Below are positions 11,230 through 24,634 of a stretch of 64,000 bases of DNA, piece after piece. The position numbers and the translations under genes are program-made. Origin of the DNA: Octopus bimaculoides. Lineage: Eukaryota. The DNA is taken from assembly GCF_001194135.2 (NCBI RefSeq), contig NC_068994.1:50647025-50711024 (forward strand). The letters run 5' to 3'. Position 1 is the first letter of the stretch. Every line of letters begins with the position of its first letter. The notes below the pieces were generated by a model. The model was not told where the DNA came from, did not search any database, and saw only the letters and a list, made by a program, of their open reading frames with translations.

Positions 11230-11633
11230 GTGCCATGCCTACAGGTATCTTTGTTCAAGGACTGCCATGCCTCCTGCCCTATACACAACTTATCATATCA
11301 CTGAGCCAGCCTTTCTAAAGCCAGCTGATAGCCCTGTGAATATCTTCTCTCTCTGTATTCCCTGGCTTCTTCCTTTCAGTTTCTTGGTTGTCACCTTGTG
11401 CTCAAGGCTTCTTTCTATATAAGTGTCCAATGAAATGAGCCTGTTGTCTTTATGTGATTGAGAAGCTTTCCCATGGCTCTTGCTTGTCTAAAGATTTTGA
11501 TGTTTGTCACTCCATCTGCATAGGACAAGAGCATCCTTCTAAGGAATCATACCTCTGCAGCATTGATGAACTTTTGCACTTGTTTGTTGATGTTCCAGAT
11601 TACAGAACCATATGTAAGGGTGGGTTGTACGTA
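11230..11633 (-). mobile_element. Decayed RTE-clade LINE, ORF C-terminal fragment
   Basis: Minus translation YVQPTLTYGSVIWNINKQVQKFINAAEV*FLRRML..VTNIKIF, then after a frameshift QAHFIGHL; resembles the RTE motifs LxYGxExW, FLRRML and FxGH. Confidence 0.8.
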
Positions 11634-11664
11634 TGCCCCTGGGACTTTTTACCTTACTCTAGCT

Positions 11665-11902
11665 CAGTGGTTTTCAAACAAAGTCCATATAAAATTTTTC
11701 TTTGTTAAAATTTATCTGCAATAAATTGTTTATACTTCTACCAATACACAATGTTTTAACAATTAATTTTATACAATTCCTAATAATATTTAATTATGAA
11801 AATATAATAAGACTGTTTTAAACATCGAATGTCTATGGGGATCCAGTTGAGTAAAATAGTAATCAAACGGGTCCATAAGCAAAGAAAGGTTGCAAACCAC
11901 TG
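11665..11902. mobile_element. hAT (Charlie-like) MITE
   Basis: Ends cagtggttttcaaac / gttgcaaaccactg; flanks ctctagct and ctccagat (6/8), close to the NTCTAGAN hAT target. Confidence 0.7.
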
Positions 11903-12910
11903 CTCCAGATGGTAACCATTTATTTGGCAATTTATGTTTGATTGAATTTTATCCCTCCTGGCTCTAAGTTCCATTCACATCTGTCTTCATTTCAATATTA
12001 TTATAGTTTGAATGCTGAGATATTACCATGGTTTGAACGTTTGATAGAAACAGAAGACCATAAGGTTAAATGCTCTGCTGTATTTAATCTTATTTATCCT
12101 TCTACATCTCTCTTCCTTTATAGTGTCCTGCTGTGGCAGGAATAGATATACTATGTTCTTCATTCCTCTGGAATTGATAAACTATAACCCTGTCATGTCC
12201 TGGTGTTGATTCCATTAATTATCTTCTTTTCCTTATTAAAATTATCCTTGTGCCTCAATAAGAAACCAATATTGTTATATAACCAATGAGAAAGTGTGAT
12301 AGAAGGACCACCAAAACTCCCTTGAATCACTTAATGTTGTCTCAAAGACAAATTAGATAAAGCTACACTGATTTTATATGGCCCATGATACACTGGTTGA
12401 AAAAAAATTACTGTGTACCTTGGCTTGGATGCATTTTAACCATGTCAGTGGGGGTAGGAGCAGCTGTGTGGTTTAGAAATTCATTTTGCACACACACATA
12501 TACACACACGCACACACACACATACACACTGGATCATATAGTTGTAAATTTCTAGATACATTGTATCTGAAAAAAAATCAAAATTTGGTGTGGTCATACA
12601 TTAGAACGTTTTCCCTCTTAAGATGTCTTGATAAGAGCTGAACTAGAGCTAAACAGTAACAACATTCAATCTCTTCTTATCTGTCAAGATAGTGACTCAG
12701 CAGAAAGAACAACAAACCTAACTAAATAAACACCTTTTGTCTTTTTACTTTATGACTTCATATCCTACAGATATTGACCTCAGATTCTTAAGGAATCTTG
12801 TTTATTTTTCCTCTCTTTTTTTTTTTTTGATTTTTTTTTTTTCTTTTACCGACTTTCAGTCATTGGACTACCTCCATCCTAGGGCACCGCCCTCTTCATG
12901 GATTTGATTT

Positions 12911-13374
12911 ACTGGTTCTCAACTGGGGNNNNNNNNNNNNNNNNNNNNNNNNNNNNNNNNNNNNNNNNNNNNNNNNNNNNNNNNNNNNNNNNNNNNNNNN
13001 NNNNNNNNNNNNNNNNNNNNNNNNNNNNNNNNNNNNNNNNNNNNNNNNNNNNNNNNNNNNNNNNNNNNNNNNNNNNNNNNNNNNNNNNGGGGGGGGGGCA
13101 TATAAGATTGGGTGGGGGTCAACGCATGCAAAATAGTTAATTGGAGATCTAGAGTAGTATTTTAGGAGTCTGTGAAAAAAATTTTGCTTTCGGTGTATTT
13201 ATTGCAAGAAACAGCTCAGTTTCTTTCTCTGTTTTCTGTAGTTCAACCTACACAAGTTAATGTGTGGAAGCACAAAGCAGGAATTTTGAAAAGAGTGAAT
13301 GGCTAAGGGGGTCCACCAGGATAAAATAGAAATCAAAGAGGTGCATAGATAAGAAAAATGGCTGAGAACCACTG
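12911..13374. mobile_element. Probable hAT MITE spanning an assembly gap
   Basis: actggttctcaac at the left, gctgagaaccactg at the right; 160 N inside; no clear TSD. Confidence 0.5.
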
Positions 13375-14205
13375 GTTCACCAAAAATTAGAAAGAATTAT
13401 TATTGTTCCACCATCAATAACATTTTTCACCAGATTTTCCTTTTAACTGCTTTGGACTTCATATCAGAATATGAAAAAAAAAAAAAAAAAAAAAATACTG
13501 CCAATCAACCAAACAGCTGATCAAACAAAAATGTAATTCTTAAAAAATTTAACAAACAAAAGTTGAAGCAAGCAAGACTCCCAACCAAAAAGAAAAAAAT
13601 TTTTTTGTAGATTATTTCAAATATTCCTGTGTGCACCCTGCATGCCTCTCTCTAATTTTCGCTGTAACATAAGCGTAATTATGTCCAACTCTCTCCTTGT
13701 ATGGAACAAATTAGGTAAAAGATATTTTTTTTTGTAAGAAGATAATAGCTGTCAACAGTTTTTTTACTGACCTTATTTATATATTTATCTACCTTATATA
13801 TTTATTTTTTGCATGAATATATATAAAGATATATATATATATATATATATAATCATAGGGTAGAAATGAGAAGAAAGAGAATAGAAAATGTTATAAATAT
13901 TTTCTTGTCTCATCTACAGGAAGTTAGAGGAAATCTGAGACATATAACAGTTAGATAGATAGGAAGAGAAGGAGGGGGTTGGGCATTGTTTTATTGCATT
14001 TTCATCTCAATACCTTTCTTTCTTCTTCAAACTTTATAAACCATCATCTCTATTTTTTGTTTCTCTTTTCAATATATTTTTCACTCAATGCAGGCAGGTA
14101 ATAAGCAGTTGCTTCCATTGCATTGGGATGGGTTGGTAGTGGAAGTATAGCCCAGAGCATATATATGTATATATATANNNNNNNNNNTACTGCAATGTGT
14201 TCATA

Positions 14206-14612
14206 CAGGGCCGGATTAAGACCCATTAAAGCCCTAAGCACTTAAAATATTTTATTGCCCCCATAAAAGATTATGTAATTCAAAATAATAGCAATAATAA
14301 GCCATAAAATAATTTTTTATTTTTCAAAACAAAACAAAACAGTAAAAGGGAAAATAATGTTTATTTTTGTCTACTTCCACTTTATATTTGAAAAGTTTCC
14401 TCCTGCTTTTTTGAATTGCAAAGTCTTTGATCAGTTCCTCAAGATTAATCTTAGGTAACACATCTGATTCTATACTCAATAGAGATAATGGCATCCCGAA
14501 TATTATTTTAACAAGTTTAAAGTGATTTCTTTTGTGCCGTAAACCATTTACCATTTCTGTGGTGCCCCACCTCCTTCCCTTGATGCCCTAAGTGCATGCT
14601 TATTTTCTTAAC
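14206..14612 (-). mobile_element. Internally deleted hAT element retaining the transposase C-terminus
   Basis: End cagggccggattaag at 14206; minus translation LSLLSIESDVLPKINLEELIKDFAIQKSRRKLF resembles the tail of the hAT C-terminal dimerisation region. Confidence 0.75.
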
Positions 14613-15661
14613 AGAGACACTACTTAATGACTCAGTTTAGTTGTAAATTGGAACTACAAGTAATAATAGCTTACTGCTGTTAGTAGCAAAAGAACTGTCC
14701 TGACACAGTTACTACTGGATTACATTAACATTCCTTTCTCTAAAACTAGATTCCATAAATTATTTCTCTACCCACCCTTTATATCTCCAGGAGGTAATTC
14801 ATCAGTCACTTAGCACTAGCAGGACAAGCTATGCTACTAATGACAATTTTTATCATTCAGAAGATAAAATGATTCAGTGAAAACAACAGAAGAAACATAT
14901 CTATTTTGAGGTGTTGGAATGTGGAGTTGTCCTGTGGTGTGTGTAATCAGTATCACAGTTGCCTGACAAGCAACAGGTGCAGAGTTCAATTTCCATCAGT
15001 GACTCTGATGTTTCTTGTTACTGTTTTCTGCCTCAAATTGGTTATTTCATAAAGCTTAATTCCATTTACATTAAAATCTTAGCATTTAATTAATTTTCGT
15101 TGTAGGCAAGCTATAGCTATTGCACTGATTATCTGTGTTATATGAAGGAGAGACCAAGGAGCTATATTCTTTTATTTGTTTCAGTCATTTGACTACAGCC
15201 ATGCTGGAGCACCTCCTTAAATATATTGATTTTCTCTTTCTTTGTGTGCACCTTGTCTTAGAAGTGTAACTTCTTTTTTTTTTTTATTCTAATACAAGAA
15301 CAGTTTGTATTTTACTGTATTGTACATTATTGTGAAATATTTTATCTAACTTTGTCCAGGACAAAAGAGAACTACAAAAATTTGAACTCAAAACAGCCTG
15401 CTACCTGACTGTTGTACTGCTTCCTACCAGAGCAAAGTTCACCTTGGAGGATAGGCCTAAACTATTGTGTGGATTTTTAATACCATCCCCACCCTGTTAA
15501 ATCTTTGTACCAGATCCCCCATGCCCAGTTTTCTGAGCAGTCATTGACCCATAGGCCCTTTTTAGGGGGATCTCATAAACTTCACCTGTCAGAGAAAGTC
15601 TCCACCCCATCCTCTGCTCTGTTAACTACCTTAAACAATTTTTCTTCCTTTTTTTCTTTAA

Positions 15662-15858
15662 CCTTTTAGTATTCAGATTACTGTCAAATGTAATACTTCT
15701 TTAATCACATTGTTTTGAATTAACCATGCACTACCTTGTAATTCCCTCATTTTTAGAACAACATTGTAAGTTAAGTGTGAGAGGCCAGATCTGGCCAGTG
15801 TTATCATAAAACAAGTAGAATATTTGAGCTAGATATGGCCAGTTTAAATGCTAAAGGG
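15662..15858. mobile_element. piggyBac-type MITE PB1, complete
   Basis: TTAA (15658-15661) ccttttagtatt ... aatgctaaaggg TTAA (15859-15862). Confidence 0.85.
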
Positions 15859-16610
15859 TTAAAGATTTATCTCTATCACATTCCTTTAATATTTATAAAC
15901 AATTATGATGTTTGTAGAAATGAAATACAATGAACAAGAAAGTACATAGATGGTTAATAAAATTGAATTTAGTGTTTTGCATAAATTCTAATTATGATCT
16001 TTTAGTCTCTCTGCCACCCTCTCTCCACTCCTTCATATCCCACCTGCAGGATATGAAAAAAATATATATATATAGGTCAGGAACCATTAGTTTGGTAATC
16101 CAATAATGTAGAAGTCTTCAAAATAGAATGGTATTTGAAATGCAGTATGGTGTGTAATGTGTGTTTAATCTATGGGTGGTTTTTCTGTTTTTGATTTTCC
16201 ATGTGCATTTTAAAAATAAATAATTGAATTTCTTTTCATGTATTTATTAATTAAATACTTTTTAACTGAAAGTAATTATGAAATTTTCCAATCAACATGA
16301 TTCTGCTTCGTTTTTTTTTTTTGTGGGTAGGGATGATTTTTTTCCTTTTTTTTTATATGTAGATGTAAGCACTGATGTAAAATGGAAACATAATCAGCAT
16401 TTTCATCTGTAAAAACTGAGTATTTTACATAAAATTCAGCAAGCAGCTTCTTGTTACATAGGAGCTAGCTAGCTCTCTCTCTCTCTCTCTCTCTCTCATT
16501 CTCTCTCTCTCATTCATTCTCTCTCTCTCTCTCTCTCTCACTTTTCCTCTTTCTCTCTTTTACTTGTTTCAGTCATTTGACTGCGGCCTTTAGTCGAGAA
16601 AATTGACCAA

Positions 16611-16950
16611 AGCCTTGTGAGTGGATTTGGTAGACGGAAACTGAAAGAAGCCTGTCGTATATATGTATACGTATTTATTTATTTATGTGTTTCAGCCAAG
16701 TGGCTGCGGTCATGCTGGTGCACCACCGTGATATATATATATATGTATGTGTGTGTCTGTGTTCCCCCCCCCCATCGCTTAACAACCGATGCTGGTGTGT
16801 TTACGTCCCCGTAATTTAGTTGTTCGGCAAAAGAGACCGATAGAATAAGTACTAGGCTTCCAAAGAATAAGTCCTGGGGTTGATTTGCTTGACTAAAGGC
16901 GGTGCTCCAGCATGGCCACAGTCAAATGACTGAAAAGAGTAAAAGAGTAA
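16611..16950 (+). mobile_element. Family A SINE, 5'-truncated, fused to an inverted family A 3' end (16560-16610)
   Basis: aaagccttgtgagtggatttgg...ccagcatggccacagtcaaatgactgaaa. Confidence 0.85.
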
Positions 16951-18369
16951 TTAAAACAATGATGGTTATATGTCACAGTTAGGAAAATCTTTCATGTAAT
17001 TTCATTGCAATACACCAATACAACAATACAAACACTACTTACCTAAAACCTAAAAAAATAGTGACTCAGCAACTATTTGGAAAATTTAAAGACCAAATGA
17101 AGGAATGCTTCGGTGTCTCTTTGTTATATGCAAAGACATTGCATTGCTCATTTGGTACCATTTTTTTTTTTTTTAGTGCTAATACACTAGTTTCTGATGC
17201 CAAACATTTCAAGTATTCCTATAATCCTGCTAATGTAGTTTATTTCATGATGAAGATAAATTTGAAGGGAAAAGGTTTGGTACCAGACTAAATGCTTTAC
17301 ANNNNNNNNNNNNNNNNNNNNNNNNNNNNNNNNNNNNNNNNNNNNNNNNNNNNNNNNNNNNNNNNNNNNNNNNNNNNNNNNNNNNNNNNNNNNNNNNNNN
17401 NNNNNNNNNNNNNNNNNNNNNNNNNNNNNNNNNNNNNNNNNNNNNNNNNNNNNNNNNNNNNNNNNNNNNNNNNNNNNNNNNNNNNNNNNNNNNNNNNNNN
17501 NNNNNNNNNNNNNNNNNNNNNNNNNNNNNNNNNNNNNNNNNNNNNNNNNNNNNNNNNNNNNNNNNNNNNNNNNNNNNNNNNNNNNNNNNNNNNNNNNNNN
17601 NNNNNNNNNNNNNNNNNNNNNNNNNNNNNNNNNNNNNNNNNNNNNNNNNNNNNNNNNNNNNNNNNNNNNNNNNNNNNNNNNNNNNNNNNNNNNNNNNNNN
17701 NNNNNNNNNNNNNNNNNNNNNNNNNNNNNNNNNNNNNNNNNNNNNNNNNNNNNNNNNNNNNNNNNNNNNNNNNNNNNNNNNNNNNNNNNNNNNNNNNNNN
17801 NNNNNNNNNNNNNNNNNNNNNNNNNNNNNNNNNNNNNNNNNNNNNNNNNNNNNNNNNNNNNNNNNNNNNNNNNNNNNNNNNNNNNNNNNNNNNNNNNNNN
17901 NNNNNNNNNNNNNNNNNNNNNNNNNNNNNNNNNNNNNNNNNNNNNNNNNNNNNNNNNNNNNNNNNNNNNNNNNNNNNNNNNNNNNNNNNNNNNNNNNNNN
18001 NNNNNNNNNNNNNNNNNNNNNNNNNNNNNNNNNNNNNNNNNNNNNNNNNNNNNNNNNNNNNNNNNNNNNNNNNNNNNNNNNNNNNNNNNNNNNNNNNNNN
18101 NNNNNNNNNNNNNNNNNNNNNNNNNNNNNNNNNNNNNNNNNNNNNNNNNNNNNNNNNNNNNNNNNNNNNNNNNNNNNNNNNNNNNNNNNNNNNNNNNNNN
18201 NNNNNNNNNNNNNNNNNNNNNNNNNNNNNNNNNNNNNNNNNNNNNNNNNNNNNNNNNNNNNNNNNNNNNNNNNNNNNNNAATTTTTCCCTTTGCTGCTTC
18301 CTACATTAAAGCAGATAGGAATGTGAAACTGCTGTATCTAGACATAAATATAATGCAGACATATAACAC

Positions 18370-18523
18370 AAGTATGGTTGTGTGGTAAAAAGTTTGCTTC
18401 CCAACCATGTGGTTTCAGGTTCAGTCCCACTGTATGGCACCTTGGGCAAGTGTATTCAACTGTAGCCTTGGGCCAACTAAAGTCTTGTGAATGGATTTGG
18501 TAGGCAGAAACTGAAAGAAGTCC
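18370..18523 (+). mobile_element. Family A SINE, 5' half
   Basis: ggttgtgtggtaaaaagtttgcttcccaaccatgtgg...ggttcagtccc...caccttgggcaagt. Confidence 0.8.
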
Positions 18524-18626
18524 AGTGAGCTGGCAGAAACGTTAGCACGCCGGGCAAAATGCTTAGCGGTATTTCGTCTGCCGCTACGTTCTGAGTTCAA
18601 ATTTTGCCGAGGTCGACTTTGCCTTT
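18524..18626 (+). mobile_element. Family C SINE, 5' part
   Basis: gtgagctggcagaaacgttagcacgccgggc...ctgagttcaaatt...gaggtcgactttgccttt; matches 49240-49409, 50117-50295 and 61480 onward. Confidence 0.8.
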
Positions 18627-19396
18627 GTATTTAATGAAACTGTTATCATTGTTTTTGACAACACGAGTATACTAGTAGATTTCATTTTTTTTTTTTCTTT
18701 TAACAATTTCACATGAGCTTAAGATAGAAATAAATCATTGATTTGAAATCCATCGATATATATCCACGTACTTTCTCCTCCACCACTCCTCATCTAACTA
18801 TGAGACTTGTTAAATTTTGATTTTTCAAGGTGAATTCATCATCTCACTTTGACCTTCATTCCATTGCGTTTTTCTAATCTACTACCACCACAACTATTAC
18901 TACTACCACCACAACTACTAAATCATTATCACATCATCACTCTCACCGTCACCTCTAAGTGTTTCAATATTTGTTAGGGTTTTTTTGGTTTTTTTTGTCT
19001 CTTTTTTTTCTTTCTTTCTTTTTGTGTTGTTTTTCGTCTGAATTTTTATTGAAAATTTCACCAATTTTTATTAAAAAATTTTCACAATTTAATCACAATT
19101 CACAATTTTAAAATAGATTTCTGCGTATTGATCTTCTCAAGATGTTTCGAAAGGATGTTTTATTTTTTACTTATTCTTTTAAATTCTTTTTTTTTTTTCC
19201 CGTTTCTTTTTACTTTACAATGTTTTCTTCTTTCAGTGTTACCATTTATTTGTCTATCTATCATTTTCTGTGAAAGTCATAATAGTAATGATGGTGACCA
19301 CCACTAAGTAATTTTTTGCGAGTGTAGTAGTGGTGTTGGGGGTGGTTATATTAGTGTTATGGTGGTGGTGTTTAATCCCAGATCAGTCCTTATTAA

Positions 19397-19575
19397 CCCT
19401 TTAGCATTTAAATCAGCCATATCTGGCCAAAATAATCTACTTATGTTATCTCGAAAGTGGCCAGATCCGGCCTCTCACACTTATCCTACAATATTATTCT
19501 AAAAATAAACATTCACACCATTGAAATCTCAAAGTCATAAGATAATGCATGATTAATTCAAATCAGTCTGAATAA
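19397..19575. mobile_element. piggyBac-type MITE PB1, partial
   Basis: TTAA CCCTTTAGCATTTAAA at 19393; body as at 1518. Confidence 0.75.
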
Positions 19576-19656
19576 ATATGTATACCTTACATAGAAACTC
19601 ATCCAAGAGTTTTGTTCTCCAATGTGCCCTTTCTTTTGTTACCATATTTCTGGTAA

Positions 19657-20004
19657 CCTTTTTGCTACCATATTTCTGTTGAGATGCTCAGTGTTTCTTT
19701 CAATTAATTTTAAATATAACTAAAAATTTAGTAAAATATTACGGAGATGTACTTGCATAGCAAGCGACCTGATCTGAGATTGTGTGCTGAAACGAAAACA
19801 ATTGCAGTGTGGAAGGTGTTTATAAGCCATTTAATAAATGGCTTATAAACACCTTCCATGCTGCAATTGTTTAGTAAAATAACTTTATCATTAAGCTAGT
19901 GTTAGGAACATAAATTGTGGAAGATTTTAATTCAGAACTTTTGAAAACAAGACATTTGTACTACAGAGCCAGAGGCAGTTTCAGGTGGGTTGGTATCGAA
20001 AGGG
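19657..20004. mobile_element. piggyBac-type MITE PB2 carrying a fold-back insertion
   Basis: gtaa-ccttttgctacca ... tggtatcgaaaggg-TTAA (20005-20008); insertion at 19739-19869. Confidence 0.8.
19796..19872. repeat. 38-bp-arm palindrome with a 1-nt centre
   Basis: aaacaattgcagtgtggaaggtgtttataagccattta-a-taaatggcttataaacaccttccatgctgcaattgttt; only two non-Watson-Crick pairs. Confidence 0.95.
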
Positions 20005-20654
20005 TTAAGACAAGTAAAGTGGGTTGTGTCTTGGAAGAGTCATTACACCAATAATGATACATGCACTGGTTCAATATCACTTCTTTATTGCTAGTTAGTT
20101 GGTTGGTTAAATATCTCACCAACTAGCTAATTGATCATTTGTTTAATGTGCTGGTTAAACAATCAATCGGTTGTTTGTTTGTCAAAGTTGTTTTCATCAC
20201 TGTTAGTGACCTTTTTAGTGAGATTTGAGGAAAATTTGGTTGCTACTTTCAACAGGTCTAGCAACCTTGGTGGTGGTAGTAGTAATGGTGGCTCTCTCTC
20301 TCTTAGAGCTGTGCAGGAATACTGTTTTCATGTATGAGGTACAGAATGTGTTTAAGTGTTTGCTTGGTGATGTGTATTGATATATTGCTGATCTGAATGT
20401 ATTGATATGATAGTATCTTATTACTTTGCCTTCCACCTACACCTCATATATAAGCATACACTTTGTAAAAAAAAAAAGGCAGGCTACCCCCCTCCCTCTC
20501 ATCCACCATCGCCCTTTTATCTCTTATCAACTGAGATTATTGACAAGCTAAGACAACTCCTATGGCCAGGAATGTTACTTCCCTGTCACCTCTGCCACCT
20601 ACACACCAACCACCACCACCACCAAGACAAAGTGAGAGCTTCTGTATGATCACA

Positions 20655-21070
20655 GAACTTGCTAGAAATGGCAGCCAAATCTCTCCCTTGCTTTACATTA
20701 TATTGTATTAGAAAAGAACATGCTGGATAGTGTTGTCTTGAGTGGTCATCTCCAGAATACCTTTGATCATAGTCTACTTGGTCAGTGCTTACCTGATGTT
20801 AAATAACTGGGGTAATAACACTGTTCTACCTGCTGACCTACAGTATTCCTTTATGTATGTTAGTGCTAGAAATAACAGCCAAATCTCCCTTATATTCTGC
20901 CTTATTGTTATGAAAACTGGGAAAAACACATTGAACAATGACGTCCAAGGTGCACCCTGTTGGCAAATAAATACATTTGTAAATAGACAGGATGGTCATG
21001 GGTGAAAAGAGTTTTGACCATAGGGCTGTTTGATCAGGGTTTGATCACTTTTGACTTGGGGTTAAAGAAA
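20655..21070 (+). mobile_element. Two diverged copies of interspersed repeat family E
   Basis: tgctagaaat(g/a)(g/a)cagccaaatctc...ggtcat...tttgatcata motif; also at ~48365-48530 and inverted near 30040-30160. Confidence 0.6.
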
Positions 21071-21987
21071 CAAAAGTTAAAAAAAAAATAAATAAATAAA
21101 TAAAAAAAGCAAAAAATCCCCCTCTATTTTCAGGCTTTGAAATTGTTAATTTTCATTTATTTATTTATCATTACTTATCTTAAAGGTTAGTTGTGTAAAG
21201 TGAGAGGTGGAGGAACTTTCTGGAGTTGTGTGTGTAGTAGTAATAGTTTGGTCCAGCTGGTGTAGATGAGTGTGTGTGTGTGTGTGTGTGTGTGTGTACA
21301 TATGTGCTTGCCTGTCACTGTGTGATCAAGCTAGTCAGATGTGAGATTCTTTGAAGAGTTCAATGTTAGGTCAAGATGCATAGTTGTATATTTGTTGTGA
21401 TTTCTCATTTCTTTTCTCTTTGTCTTTCTCACTGCTTTATTTTTTTTTTTTTTTTTTTACCAGTCTCTTTATCTTTGTCTCTTTTACTCTCTCTCTCTGT
21501 GTATGTGTGAGTGCATATATATATATATATATACATACATATATATATACATATACATGCCTTTACTAGTTGTCTCACCCCTCCCCCACATTGTTTTTAT
21601 TATTTTTTTTGTTATGCTATTAGCATAGCTATTGTTAGTTTTTTTTTTCTTTTTTCAAATCAATTATATTACATCCTACCAATGACTCAAGCTTGACCTA
21701 CATAGAGAATTAAGAAGGAAATATAAACGCATAATACCCCCCCCCCCNNNNNNNNNNNNNNNNNNNNNNNNNNNNNNNNNNNNNNNNNNNNNNNNNNNNN
21801 NNNNNNNNNNNNNNNNNNNNNNNNNNNNNNNNNNNNNNNNNNCTAGTACCGAATACTCTCTCCTTTCATCTAAAACCCTAAAATCTGCTTATATACACAC
21901 ATATACATATAATAACTCTACCCCAGCATGGCCACAGTCTTTGGGTTGGAACACAAAAGAAATAAAAGACAATATTTGTATATATAC

Positions 21988-22024
<37 letters not shown>

Positions 22025-22184
22025 CTGGGGCACTTATTGCTTTCAAGAGTTTAGTTAAGCACAAGGCCCTAGTACATATCTCACTTTAGTACTTATTTTA
22101 TTAATTCCTGTATGTTGAACTGTTAAGTTGTGAAATATGGAGGGTCATGAGATAGATTGTTCCTTTTAGGTTTTGTGAACACAC

Positions 22185-22485
22185 ATGGCTAAGTGGTTAG
22201 GGTCATGATTGTAAGGTCGTGAGTTCACTTTCAGGCCATGCGTTGTATACTTGAGTAAGACTTTGTACTTCATGCTGCTCCTGTCCGCTCAGCTAGCAAA
22301 AATGAGTAGTACCTGTAATTGAAAGGGCCAGTCTTGTTGCATTGTGTCACACTGAATCTCCCTGAGAACTACATTAAGGGTACGCGTGTCTGTGGAGCGC
22401 TCAGCCACGTGCGTGTTAATTTCACAAGCCGGCTGCTCCATTGAGTGGGTCAACTGGAACAGTCGTCACTGACAGCGTGCCAGAT
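22185..22485 (+). mobile_element. tRNA-derived SINE related to family D
   Basis: catggctaagtggttag...gagttca head, cttgagtaagact...ctcagctagcaaaaatgagtag core. Confidence 0.6.
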
Positions 22486-22999
22486 AAATAGAGATGCACA
22501 CACACACACACACACACTAAGACCTGATTGTGATTAAAAAGTTTACTAAGCAACATTTTAATCATAATTTCATGTGCAGTAATTTGGGCCAGCATCTTTT
22601 ACTATAGTCTGGGGCCAACCATAGTCCGAAGCCTTCTGAGCAAAATTGCGTAGGTGAAAACTGTGTGGAAGCCTGTTTTAATTTAAAGGGCCTTTGTGTG
22701 GGTTAATTCTGCTTGGAGATTACATTAACAGTCCATTAGCATCGTCACCATAGTTTTAACATCCGCTTTTCCATACTCACATGAGTTGAACAGAATTTGT
22801 TGAGGTTGATTTTCTCCTGCCAGTTTGCCCATCCTGTCACCAACCCTCACCTATTTCTTTCCTCATCTTGATGCTGCATAATGGTTGGAAACCAGCATCA
22901 TTCATTTCCATGTCAGGCCACAGGAGAGTTGAGCTATGAAAGGATAAAATTCTGTAATATCAAACTAAGTAAATTTACAGTCACATTCCACCTCTATCC

Positions 23000-23039
<40 letters not shown>

Positions 23040-23879
23040 CTTTCTTTTATTACTCGTACTATGTTACAGTTGCATACCACCTCCATTTATCTCTCTTTTC
23101 ATCTCCTATAACTTGCCTCGTGCATCAGTTCCCACCCACCCCCAACTACTTACACATAATCCTTCTTCTCTATGTAACCCTCTGGAATTTAACTTCCCTT
23201 CTCGGGGCCCGCCAGTTTTCTTGGATGTCATGGACTTTCAGATATTCAAACTGAACATTAACCGTATCAATCTCACCAGTTTCAGAGGTCTTTGGAGGGT
23301 TATAGGCACTCCTCTTTCTTCCTAACTAAGCCATGAAAACAACCAAAATAAATAGATGGATAAAAATACATGTTCTGGATGCCAAGGACATTCAACAAAG
23401 TTTAAATTGTGATATTTTCCCCTCCTCCACTTCTGTCCTGTTTTTTTTCGTTTTTTTTTTTTCCTCTTTTGAGATTTAACTCCACACTCAGCTGAACTGC
23501 ACAAATTGTATTTATTCTTCAATGAAAGCCAACTTAATTATCTGCTAATTAATAATTTAAAAGTCAAAATGAATTATTCACTCGAAAGTTTGAAAATTGT
23601 GATACGAAACAACTGAATATCTTTTTGAGGTAAATTCATTTATAATTGAGCTAGTTTGCATTACAAAGAACACACCTGGGTGTACTTAAACTGAGTGAAA
23701 GGAAACTTGAAATATTTAGGCTAAAAGTTTTTAAAATGCAACAAATCCACCATGTAGTTAGTCATCATTGGTTCATGTCTATCAATGTCTTGCACTTCAA
23801 AGTATATAAACATGCTTCATTGATATTTTATATTGTTGTTGTTGGCACTCTGTCGCTTACGATGTTTGCTCTTTTACTT

Positions 23880-24053
23880 GTTGTAGTCATACAACTGTGG
23901 CCATGCTGGAGTATCACATTGTAGTATGCTTCTCAAACAAGTTGACACCAGTACTTATTTTAAGTTTTTCTTGCCAAAACACTAAGTTGCAAGAATGCAA
24001 ACAAACCAACACTGGTTACTATGTGATGGAGGAAGGATGGGGACAAAGATAAG

Positions 24054-24084
<31 letters not shown>

Positions 24085-24225
24085 GCCCACACACACTCAC
24101 ACACACACACACACACTCACACACACACACACAGAGTTTCTATCTGCCAAATTTATTCAAAAGGCTGTATATAGAACAGAAGACACTTACCCAAGGTGCC
24201 ATGCAATGGGATTGAACCTGAAACC
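23880..24225 (-). mobile_element. Family A SINE, diverged
   Basis: ggccatgctggagtatcac...cccaaggtgccatgcaatgggattgaacc. Confidence 0.75.
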
Positions 24226-24626
24226 GCATATTTGTGATATCAAAATATGCTCTCTAGAACTACATTATTTTACATGAACCACCAATAAAGGGTGGTATGA
24301 GGGATATATTTAGCTGCTGTTTCTAGCCAGTCAGAGACTCCCTCATTTTACTTTTAACACTTCTGTGAGTGCAGGCAGCATGGGAGAAAGGAAATAGGCA
24401 TGTCAATATATTTTTAATGGTGATTTATCCCTTGTGGGGGTGGGGGTTGTGCCAGTTGTGTGTGTGTGGGGGGGGGTTATAGGATGGGTATTGAGTATAA
24501 TGTCATTCAGTAAGTACTCAGTTGCCTGACTAAATAAACTTTTGAAACCCTTGAGTCATCTGACATATTATCATTACTCCTACTCACACTCCCCCTCCCC
24601 GACTCCCACTTCATTTCCCTTAACAG

Positions 24627-24634
24627 GTGAGTAG
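24627..24634 (+). CDS. Candidate 8-nt microexon (GTGAGTAG) or recursive splice site
   Basis: Long C/T tract ending ttcatttcccttaacAG, then GTGAGT, then AG|GTATGT; phase 0 to 2 fits the downstream exons. Confidence 0.35.

Noticed and set aside
16050-16075. Strong acceptor (…cccacctgcAG)
   Set aside because: Followed by A/(TA)n sequence and only a weak donor; no credible exon.
17292-18326. Long ORFs of 344 aa here, and also 58981-60129, 61482-62600, 34662-35180
   Set aside because: They consist of N-runs translated as X; no coding evidence.
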